Shown here: piece after piece, positions 26,449 to 35,625 of the stretch | Position numbering within the stretch: the stretch's first letter is position 1 | Layout: every line of letters begins with the position of its first letter | NCBI GenBank assembly: GCA_951801995.1 | Contig: CATOOY010000001.1 | Coordinates: 1 to 35,625, forward strand | DNA: 35,625 bases | Source of the DNA: an uncultured Erysipelotrichaceae bacterium | Lineage (GTDB): Bacteria; Bacillota_I; Bacilli_A; RF39; UBA660 | Direction of reading: 5' to 3' | Made by a program: the position numbers and the translations under genes | The notes under the pieces: generated by a model | The model's database searches: none | Told to the model about the DNA's origin: nothing | Seen by the model: the letters and a program-made list of their open reading frames with translations, nothing else

Positions 26449-27807
26449 GTGTTGGAATTGAAAATAAAAACGGATTCTAGAAAGATACAAAAGGGGGATA
26501 TTTTTGTTGCTATTCGTGGTTTTACCTATGATGGGCATGATTTTATAAAAGAAGCGATAGAAAGAGGTGCTTCTAAGATTGTTGCTTCAAAAGGAATGTA
26601 TTCTATTCCTTTTGAAATTGTTTCTGATACAAGAAAATATTTAAAAGAGTATTTGGAAAACAATTATTATTCAGATATAAAAAATATGAAATTTATTGGC
26701 GTGACGGGTACGAATGGAAAAACGACAACTGCTTTTTTACTTTATGAGGCTTTACGTTTGCTTGATAAAAAAGTTGCTTATATTGGAACCATTGGATTTT
26801 ATATAGATGACAAGATAGAAGAATTATCTAATACTACTCCTGATTTATTGGATTTATATGCTTTACTACTTCATTGTAAGGATAAAAAATGTGAATATGT
26901 TATTATGGAAGTAAGTAGTCATGCTCTTTCTTTTGGACGAGTAGATGGACTTTTATTTGATTATGCTATTTATACAAATTTGACGCAGGATCATTTGGAT
27001 TATCATAAAACAATGGAAAATTATGCAGGTGCTAAAGAAAAATTATTTTATAAATTGAAAGAAAATGGGAAAGCTATTATAAACAACGATGATTTTTATA
27101 AAGATAAGTTTTTGAAAAAGCAAAATCAAAATATTACTTATGGATTTCAAAATGGGAGTGATTATCAAATAGAGTTAATAAAAAGTGATGCTTTAGAAAG
27201 TATATTTTCTCTTTCTCATTTTCATGGAAAAAATGTATATAAAACACAGCTGTTAGGAGAATATAATATATATAATCTTGTTTCTGTTCTTAGTGTATTA
27301 ATAGAAGAAAAATTATACTTTACAGCAGAAATTGTCGAAAATTTATCTCCACCTGTTGGAAGAATGGAAAAAATACGTTATAATAATAATGCGATACTCA
27401 TTGATTATGCACATACACCAGATGCTGTAGAGAAAGTACTTAAGTGTTCTTCTTCTCTTACAGATGGAAATATATATACTATTATTGGTTGTGGAGGAGA
27501 TCGTGATAGAACTAAAAGGCCTATTATGGCTTCTATTGCAACTACTTATAGTGATTTTGTTATTTTTACGAGTGATAATCCTCGTAGTGAGGATCCAGAA
27601 TCTATTTTTCAGGATATGAAAGAAGGTTTATGTGCAACAAATTATGAATGGATTGTAGATCGTGAAAAAGCAATTTGTAAGGGCGTAAAGATGCTTACAC
27701 AAAATGATATATTATTAGTACTTGGAAAAGGTCATGAACATTATCAACTTATTCATGGAAAGAAAAAGCATTTTGATGATAAAGAAATTGTAATGAAGTA
27801 TTTATAG
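26449..27807 (+). CDS. murE: UDP-MurNAc-tripeptide synthetase MurE, paralogue 2 (DNPR motif, meso-DAP type)
   Basis: Same motifs as paralogue 1, plus SDNPRSEDP (27574-27585). The probable real start is the TTG at 26458, 8 nt after GAGG. Confidence 0.88.
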   Translation: MLELKIKTDSRKIQKGDIFVAIRGFTYDGHDFIKEAIERGASKIVASKGMYSIPFEIVSDTRKYLKEYLENNYYSDIKNMKFIGVTGTNGKTTTAFLLYEALRLLDKKVAYIGTIGFYIDDKIEELSNTTPDLLDLYALLLHCKDKKCEYVIMEVSSHALSFGRVDGLLFDYAIYTNLTQDHLDYHKTMENYAGAKEKLFYKLKENGKAIINNDDFYKDKFLKKQNQNITYGFQNGSDYQIELIKSDALESIFSLSHFHGKNVYKTQLLGEYNIYNLVSVLSVLIEEKLYFTAEIVENLSPPVGRMEKIRYNNNAILIDYAHTPDAVEKVLKCSSSLTDGNIYTIIGCGGDRDRTKRPIMASIATTYSDFVIFTSDNPRSEDPESIFQDMKEGLCATNYEWIVDREKAICKGVKMLTQNDILLVLGKGHEHYQLIHGKKKHFDDKEIVMKYL

Positions 27808-27818
27808 GAGATGGGAAC

Positions 27819-28811
27819 ATGTTAATTTTGGCAAAAGCAATTTTATCAATGATGATAGGATTTGTTATAGCAGTTATTTTAGGACTTATATTTATACCTT
27901 TGCTAAAAAAAATAAAGGTAAGACAAAAAATAAGTGTATTTTTAGCAAAAAAGCATAAGGCAAAAGACGGAGTGCCTACAATGGGTGGATTGATTTTTAT
28001 TATTCCTACTTTGCTTACTGTTCTTTTTTTGCTTCTTACGAACAAAATTCAATTTACAGATCATTTGTTTATTGTTTTGTTTGTTTTTGTAGCTTATGCA
28101 TTATTGGGATTTGTAGACGATTATTTAATTATTAGAAGACATAATAATGAAGGTTTAAAAGAATGGCAAAAATTATTGGGGCAAATTTTAATAGCTATTG
28201 TATTTTATATTTTATATGTAAAAAGTGGGAATGAACCAAGACTTTATATTTATACACTGAATATAAAGATTCCTATGGGAGTATTTTTCTGTTTATTTAT
28301 TTTATTGGTACTTGTAGCTACTTCTAATGCAGTTAATATCACAGATGGTTTAGACGGGCTTGCTGGTGGTCTTTCTGTTATGGCTTTTGTAGCTTTTGGT
28401 ATGATTGCTTGGGGGACTACTTGGTTAGATGGTCATGAAGATATTGCTATTTTTTGCTTTATACTGGTAGGGTCGTTGCTTGGATTTTTGGTATATAATG
28501 ATTACCCTGCCAAGGTTATTATGGGAGATACTGGTTCTTTATCTTTGGGAGCTACTTTAGCTGCTATTGCCATTTTAACAAGTCATGAGATTACTTTAAT
28601 TGTAGTAGCGGGTGTATTTGTTATTGAAACACTTACCTGTGTGATTCAAATGATAGCGGGTAGATATTTTAATAAAAAAGTATTTTTAATGGCTCCTTTA
28701 CATCACCATATGGAAAAAATGGGATGGCAAGAAAGAGATATAGTAAAATTATTTTGGGTTTTTGGTCTTATTTTAAGTATGGCATCTATTGCTTTTGGTG
28801 TTTGGATTTAA
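27819..28811 (+). CDS. mraY: phospho-N-acetylmuramoyl-pentapeptide transferase
   Basis: PTMGG, NAVNITDGLDGLA, MGDTGSL, APLHHH. About 10 TM helices. Confidence 0.93.
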   Translation: MLILAKAILSMMIGFVIAVILGLIFIPLLKKIKVRQKISVFLAKKHKAKDGVPTMGGLIFIIPTLLTVLFLLLTNKIQFTDHLFIVLFVFVAYALLGFVDDYLIIRRHNNEGLKEWQKLLGQILIAIVFYILYVKSGNEPRLYIYTLNIKIPMGVFFCLFILLVLVATSNAVNITDGLDGLAGGLSVMAFVAFGMIAWGTTWLDGHEDIAIFCFILVGSLLGFLVYNDYPAKVIMGDTGSLSLGATLAAIAILTSHEITLIVVAGVFVIETLTCVIQMIAGRYFNKKVFLMAPLHHHMEKMGWQERDIVKLFWVFGLILSMASIAFGVWI

Positions 28812-28878
28812 AGTTTCTTCTTTGAAGGGACTTTTTTTATGGGAAATTGTGTAAATGCAAAAAATTAGCACTCAATAC

Positions 28879-28907
28879 TTGACAATGCTATTTTATAGCG
28901 TTATACT
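28879..28907 (+). promoter_or_regulatory. sigma-A promoter TTGACA-17-TATACT of the hrcA operon
   Basis: -35 at 28879-28884, 17-nt spacer, -10 at 28902-28907. Confidence 0.7.
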
Positions 28908-28911
28908 TGTA

Positions 28912-28938
28912 ACAGCACTTACAAAATAAGAGTGCTAA
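28912..28938 (+). promoter_or_regulatory. CIRCE operator (HrcA binding site) with a degenerate left arm
   Basis: acagcactt-N9-GAGTGCTAA, versus the consensus TTAGCACTC-N9-GAGTGCTAA. An extra perfect TTAGCACTC lies at 28865-28873. Confidence 0.75.
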
Positions 28939-28992
28939 AAATATGCATAAATTATAATAGTTACATCATAATGTATAAAGAGGGAGGCGTTT

Positions 28993-29994
28993 ATGATTAA
29001 TGGTAGGCAAACAAAGTTACTTAAGCTTATTGTTGAAGATTATATAAAAACGGCTCGTCCTGTTGGCTCTAAATCTTTATGTGAAACATTAAATTGTTCA
29101 AGTGCGACAATACGAAATGAAATGAGTTTTTTAGAGGAAGCAGGATTACTTGAAAAAACACATACTTCTTCAGGAAGAGTGCCTTCTGAAAAGGGATATC
29201 GTTATTATGTAGATCATATAATGGAACCTAAAAAGTTAACTGGTGATGATGTTTTAAAACTTCAACAAATTTTTCATAATAATTCTTTGATGTTATCAGA
29301 TACTATTTTAAAAAGTATGGAAATTGTATCAGAAATTACAAGTTATACTTCTATTGTTCTTGGATCTTCTTCTAAAGATAATTTAGTAAGTAAAGTAGAA
29401 GTTATTTCCTTGGATGACACAAATGAGAATGCTTTTGTTGCGATTGTAGTAACAGATAGGGGACATGTAGAACATCAAAGAATGCATTTAGAGGAGAAAG
29501 TATCTTTAAATGAAATCAAAGGAATTGTAGATATTATCAATAAACATATTGTGGGAACACCTATTGATGAAGTTAGTACCAAATTAGAATATAAGGTAAA
29601 ACCTATTATTCAAAATGAAATCAAGCAAAAGGAATTTTTATTTAATGCTTTTTACCATGTATTTGATGATATTTCAAGTATGCAAAATGTGAAAGTTACC
29701 AATACCAGTAATATGCTTCGTGAACCTGAATTTAACGATGCTAGCAAAATAAGAAGTATTTTAGAAAAATTTGAAGATAAAGATATTATTGGAAATATCA
29801 AAGAAGATTTAGATGGTATTCATATTTATATTGGTAGTGAAAATGAATTTGATGAAGATGTAACTGTTATTAAAACAAAATATTCTGTAGATGGTGAAGA
29901 GGGTACTATCGCACTTATTGGCCCAAAAAGAATGGAATATGACAGAGTAATAACTCTTTTAAATTATATTGTGGAAAATATAGAAAGGAAGTAA
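28993..29994 (+). CDS. hrcA: heat-inducible transcription repressor HrcA
   Basis: RQTKLLKLIVEDYIKTARPVGSK, winged-helix N-terminus. Position at the head of the grpE-dnaK operon. Confidence 0.92.
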   Translation: MINGRQTKLLKLIVEDYIKTARPVGSKSLCETLNCSSATIRNEMSFLEEAGLLEKTHTSSGRVPSEKGYRYYVDHIMEPKKLTGDDVLKLQQIFHNNSLMLSDTILKSMEIVSEITSYTSIVLGSSSKDNLVSKVEVISLDDTNENAFVAIVVTDRGHVEHQRMHLEEKVSLNEIKGIVDIINKHIVGTPIDEVSTKLEYKVKPIIQNEIKQKEFLFNAFYHVFDDISSMQNVKVTNTSNMLREPEFNDASKIRSILEKFEDKDIIGNIKEDLDGIHIYIGSENEFDEDVTVIKTKYSVDGEEGTIALIGPKRMEYDRVITLLNYIVENIERK

Positions 29995-29995
29995 T

Positions 29996-30574
29996 ATGGA
30001 AGAGAATAAAACAGTAGAGAATGTAGAGGAAATTAGGCAAACTGTTTCTTTGGATGAAACAGATCGTTCTACTTCTTCTACAAAAGAATGCAAAAAAAGA
30101 GATAAAAAAGATAAAAGTAAAAAAGAAATAGAAAATTTACAAAATAAAATAAAAGATCTAGAAGAAAAAATACTGGCTTCTAAGGCTGATTTAATTAATT
30201 ATCGAAAGAGAAAAGATGAAGAAGTAAGTTATATGCTGAAATATGCGAATGAGGATATGGTGAAAGAATTACTTCCTACACTTGACAATTTTGAAAGAGC
30301 TATTGGGTTAGATGATGAAAACTTAGACGATGAACTTTCTAAATTCTTAGCTGGTTTTAAAATGATTTATTGTCATTTGGTAAAAGCTCTAGAAGAATAT
30401 GGGGTAAAGGCAATTGATGGAAGCAATAAAGCATTTGATCCTACGTATCATGAAGCTGTTATGACAGAGGTAAGAGAAGGGGTAGAACCTGGTATGATTT
30501 TAGAAGTCCTTCAAAAAGGATATTTACTTAAAGATAAAGTAATAAGAGCTGCTATGGTAAAGGTTAGCGAATAA
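29996..30574 (+). CDS. grpE: nucleotide exchange factor GrpE
   Basis: ADLINYRKR, LPTLDNFERA, FDPTYHEAV, GYLLKDKVIRAAMVKV. Confidence 0.92.
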   Translation: MEENKTVENVEEIRQTVSLDETDRSTSSTKECKKRDKKDKSKKEIENLQNKIKDLEEKILASKADLINYRKRKDEEVSYMLKYANEDMVKELLPTLDNFERAIGLDDENLDDELSKFLAGFKMIYCHLVKALEEYGVKAIDGSNKAFDPTYHEAVMTEVREGVEPGMILEVLQKGYLLKDKVIRAAMVKVSE

Positions 30575-30591
30575 TAGAAAAGGAGAGATAA

Positions 30592-32418
<1,827 letters not shown>

Positions 32419-32425
32419 AAAGAGG

Positions 32426-32447
32426 AAGTTCTAGGTTTCTAGAACTT
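32426..32447 (+). terminator. hairpin (partial terminator or processing site) between dnaK and pepF
   Basis: Perfect 9-bp stem aagttctag / ctagaactt with a 4-nt loop. The T-tract is weak (ttgtctt). Confidence 0.4.
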
Positions 32448-32468
32448 TGTCTTGTAAAAGGAGAAAAT

Positions 32469-34256
32469 ATGGAACTAGTAGATAGAAAAGATGTAGTGAA
32501 AGAAGATACTTGGGATTTAACACGTTTTATCAAAAATGAAAAAGAATTTAATTCTATAAAAGAAAAAGTAGATGCTAATTTAAAAAAAGCTCTTTCTTAT
32601 AAAGGTAAAATCATGGAAGATGAAAATTCCTTTTATGATTACCTAGTTTTGGATGAAAAAATTGAGAGAGATTTGCTTAATTTATATGTATATGCACATC
32701 TTTGTGCAGATGAGGATTCTACTTTTACAGAAGCGACGGATTTAAAGATGAAGTCTGAAAAAATGATGGATGATACAGTAGAGGCTTTAACTTTTGCAAG
32801 TCCTGAAATAATAAAAGGTGGTTATACTCTTGCAAAAGAATATATTTCTAAAAATGAAAAATTGAAACCTTATTCATTTTCTATACAGAAAATGTTTCGT
32901 TATGAAAAGTATACTTTAAGTGAAAAGGAAGAGGAAATTATTTCTAAAGCCTTAAGTGCTTTTGGAACACCAGAAGAAGCTTTTTATAATTTAGATAATG
33001 CCGATCTTTATCTGGGAACAATAAAAGATGAAAATGGAAAAGAAGTAACTGTTACAAATAGTACTTATCATACTTTTATGATAAGTAAAGATAGAAGGGT
33101 GCGTAAGGATGCTTTTTCTGCTATGTATAATTTTTGGCAAAAGCATAATCATACTGTTTCCGCTTTACAAAAAGGTATGGTTAAGGAAGACTTCTTTTTA
33201 AGCAAAGTGAGAGGGTTTTCTTCACCTCTAGAGATGAGTTTATATAGTGATAATATTCCATTATCACTATATAAAAATGTTATAAAAGTAACCCATGATA
33301 ATTTTTCTTTATTACATGAGTACATGAGGGTTCGAAAAGATATTTTGCATCTTGATGAAATGCATATGTATGATATATATGTTCCTATTACAAAAAACAT
33401 TGATAAGAAATTTACTTTTGAAGAAGGTAAAAATATTATATTAAATGCTTTGAAGCCACTTGGAAAAGAATATATAGAAGATTTGAAGAAGTCTTTTTCT
33501 GAAAGATGGATTGATAAATATCCAAATAGGGGAAAAAAATCAGGTGCCTATCAGTGGTCTACTTATGATTCTACACCTTATGTGTTACTAAATTACACTG
33601 GTGATATTGATTCTGTAAGTACAATGGCACATGAACTTGGACACGCTATGCATTCTTATTATTCTAAAAAATATCAAAGTTATACTTATCATGATTACCC
33701 TATTTTTCTTGCTGAAATTGCTTCTACTGTCAATGAAGTTTTGTTAAATGACTATTTATATCATTACACAGATGATAAGGAAGAAAAGAAGTTTTATTTA
33801 GTTGACATGTTAGATAAAATTAAAAGTACTATTTATAGGCAGACACAATTTGCTGAATTTGAAATGATTACACATGATAAAGAAGCAGAAGGCATTTCTT
33901 TGACTGCTGATTTATTTAATTCTATTTATTATGATTTAAATCAGAAATATTATGGTTCCTATATTGTTAGTGATGATGAAATAAAATATGAATGGTCTAG
34001 GATTCCCCATTTCTATACCCCATTTTATACTTATAAATATGCGACAGGACTTGCGTGTGCTATTTATATTGCTAGTAAAATTTTATCTGGTGATGAAAAA
34101 ATGAAGAAGGGATATTTGACCTTTTTAGGAAGTGGTGGAAAGGATTATCCACTTGAAATATTAAAAACAATTGGTATTGACATGTGTGATACCTCTATTA
34201 TGCAAAGTGCTTTTGATTTCTTTGCTAAAAAATTAGAAGAACTTAAAAATTTATAA
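32469..34256 (+). CDS. pepF: oligoendopeptidase F (M3B metallopeptidase)
   Basis: HELGHAMH zinc motif with a downstream LAEIAS glutamate. About 595 aa, typical for PepF. Confidence 0.9.
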   Translation: MELVDRKDVVKEDTWDLTRFIKNEKEFNSIKEKVDANLKKALSYKGKIMEDENSFYDYLVLDEKIERDLLNLYVYAHLCADEDSTFTEATDLKMKSEKMMDDTVEALTFASPEIIKGGYTLAKEYISKNEKLKPYSFSIQKMFRYEKYTLSEKEEEIISKALSAFGTPEEAFYNLDNADLYLGTIKDENGKEVTVTNSTYHTFMISKDRRVRKDAFSAMYNFWQKHNHTVSALQKGMVKEDFFLSKVRGFSSPLEMSLYSDNIPLSLYKNVIKVTHDNFSLLHEYMRVRKDILHLDEMHMYDIYVPITKNIDKKFTFEEGKNIILNALKPLGKEYIEDLKKSFSERWIDKYPNRGKKSGAYQWSTYDSTPYVLLNYTGDIDSVSTMAHELGHAMHSYYSKKYQSYTYHDYPIFLAEIASTVNEVLLNDYLYHYTDDKEEKKFYLVDMLDKIKSTIYRQTQFAEFEMITHDKEAEGISLTADLFNSIYYDLNQKYYGSYIVSDDEIKYEWSRIPHFYTPFYTYKYATGLACAIYIASKILSGDEKMKKGYLTFLGSGGKDYPLEILKTIGIDMCDTSIMQSAFDFFAKKLEELKNL

Positions 34257-34274
34257 AATAAGTAGGTGATTGTT

Positions 34275-35396
34275 TTGAATAAAAAAGATTATTATGAGGT
34301 ACTTGGTGTTTCTAAAAGTGCTAGTGAGGCAGAAATAAAAAGTGCTTTTCGAAAATTAGCTAAGAAATATCATCCTGATGTTTCTAAAGAACCTGATGCT
34401 GCTGAAAAATTTAAAGAAGCACAAGAGGCTTATGCTGTTTTGTCTGATGAAAATAAGAGAAAGCAATATGATCAATTTGGACATGCTGCTTTTGATAATA
34501 ATGGAGCAGGGGGATCTTCTGGATTTGATTTTTCTGGATTTGATTTTTCTGGATTTGATTTTTCTGATATTTTCAGTGATATTTTTGGTGGAGGATTTGG
34601 CTTTGGAAGTGGATTTTCTAGAAGTGGATCTTATGCTTCTAAGGGAAGAGATATCCTTCGTTATGTAGATCTTACTTTTGAAGAGGCTGCTTTTGGTCTT
34701 ACAAAAAGTGTTAATATTGATACTACAGAAGAATGTGAAAATTGTGATGGAAAAGGTGGACATGGTGAAAAGACATGTGATAAATGTGGTGGAAAAGGTA
34801 CCATTACTGTTTCACAAAGAACTATGTTTGGAACTTTCCAATCAAAAACAACATGTGATAAGTGTGGTGGGAAAGGCGTAAGTTATTCTTCTACTTGTTC
34901 TTCATGTCATGGAAAAGGTTATCAAAAAGTAAATAAAAATATAAAGGTGAAAATTCCTGCTGGTGTTGATACAGGTAATAGGCTTCGTATTCCTGGTAAG
35001 GGTGAAGTTGGTGAGAATGGTGGACCTAATGGTGATGTTTATTTAGAATTTAGGGTTAAAGAACATTCTTTATATCAAAGAGATGAAGAAGATATTTATG
35101 TTACTCTTCCTTTAACGATTACAGAAGCTATTTTGGGCTGCAAAAAAGAGGTTCCTACTTTGTATGGAAATGTAAAAGTAAGTATTCCTGCTGGATCTAA
35201 TACTGGTGAAAAACACCGTTTAAAAGGAAAAGGTGTAGAGGATCCTAATACAGGAAGAAAAGGGGATATGTATATCCTTTTAAAGATTATTATGCCTAAA
35301 AAATTATCTAAGGAACAAAAGAAGCTTATAGAATCTTTAGAAAAAACGGGTTTAGAGAATGAAAAAGAAATTCGAGAATTTAATAAATATTTATAA
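34275..35396 (+). CDS. dnaJ: molecular chaperone DnaJ
   Basis: J-domain [10 protein letters not shown]...HPD, G/F region, four CxxCxGxG repeats. The TTG at 34275 lies 5 nt after AGGTGA; the alternative is the GTG at 34266. Confidence 0.95.
   Translation: MNKKDYYEVLGVSKSASEAEIKSAFRKLAKKYHPDVSKEPDAAEKFKEAQEAYAVLSDENKRKQYDQFGHAAFDNNGAGGSSGFDFSGFDFSGFDFSDIFSDIFGGGFGFGSGFSRSGSYASKGRDILRYVDLTFEEAAFGLTKSVNIDTTEECENCDGKGGHGEKTCDKCGGKGTITVSQRTMFGTFQSKTTCDKCGGKGVSYSSTCSSCHGKGYQKVNKNIKVKIPAGVDTGNRLRIPGKGEVGENGGPNGDVYLEFRVKEHSLYQRDEEDIYVTLPLTITEAILGCKKEVPTLYGNVKVSIPAGSNTGEKHRLKGKGVEDPNTGRKGDMYILLKIIMPKKLSKEQKKLIESLEKTGLENEKEIREFNKYL
34521..34565 (+). repeat. perfect 15-bp x3 tandem repeat inside the dnaJ G/F region
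   Basis: ggatttgatttttct repeated three times, encoding (GFDFS)x3. Confidence 0.9.
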
Positions 35397-35419
35397 AAAT
35401 ACTATTTTAATGATATGAA

Positions 35420-35451
35420 CCCCGTTTCTTGGACATAGAAACGAGGTTTTT
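35420..35451 (+). terminator. rho-independent terminator of the dnaK operon
   Basis: Stem ccccgtttct (35420-35429) / agaaacgagg (35437-35446) with one mismatch, then TTTTT. Confidence 0.65.
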
Positions 35452-35453
35452 AT

Positions 35454-35625
35454 ATGAGTAAATTAAGCTATAATGATAAGGTAGATATATATAATAAAAG
35501 AAAAGAAGGATATACTTTAAGTGCATTGCAATTCCAATATAGGGTCACTAAACATAATATCCAATATTTAGTTAGGTTAATAGATAAACATGGTTTTGAA
35601 ATATTAAGAACATCTAAAAATAAAT
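35454..35625 (+). CDS. IS3-family transposase OrfA (HTH), 5' partial, runs off the window
   Basis: MSKLSYNDKVDIYNKRKEGYTLSALQFQYRVTKHNIQYLVRLIDKHGFEILR. This is the typical IS150/IS3-group OrfA N-terminus. Confidence 0.7.
   Translation, partial: MSKLSYNDKVDIYNKRKEGYTLSALQFQYRVTKHNIQYLVRLIDKHGFEILRTSKNK

Overview
Low-GC Bacillota (Firmicutes) chromosomal segment; the spoVS gene points to a spore-former, and the lineage cannot be named from sequence alone. The window splits into two parts.

(1) Accessory island, about 646-15890. It lies between tRNA-Gly(UCC) and spoVS and is built from three large-serine-recombinase modules. Two recombinases are intact (1226-2956 on +, 8220-9983 on -). The third is a pseudogene. 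Its 5' end (8226-8251) is separated from its body (11970-12890) by a ~3.7 kb insertion that carries the second recombinase and is flanked by an 8-bp direct repeat, GTAAGAGT. The repeat sits in the codons of the catalytic VRVS motif. The island carries two compact minus-strand three-gene operons of unknown function, and both end in a multi-pass membrane protein:
- 7543-4828: HhH-GPD glycosylase-like protein, HD phosphohydrolase, and a coiled-coil/TM protein.
- 15363-13107: two unknown proteins and a PnuC-like transporter.
These two operons are my best candidates for an undescribed, possibly anti-phage or abortive-infection, system. Other island cargo is a class I SAM methyltransferase and several small unknown ORFs.

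(2) Housekeeping block, 15893-35450, all on + except spoVS. It contains spoVS, sufU, sufB, a lipoprotein, a short ssb, pdp, rpoZ, priA, fmt, two tandem murE paralogues, mraY and hrcA-grpE-dnaK-pepF-dnaJ. It is followed by the 5' end of an IS3-family orfA.

I saw no rRNA and no CRISPR array. All family assignments come from motif recognition by eye; no searches were run.
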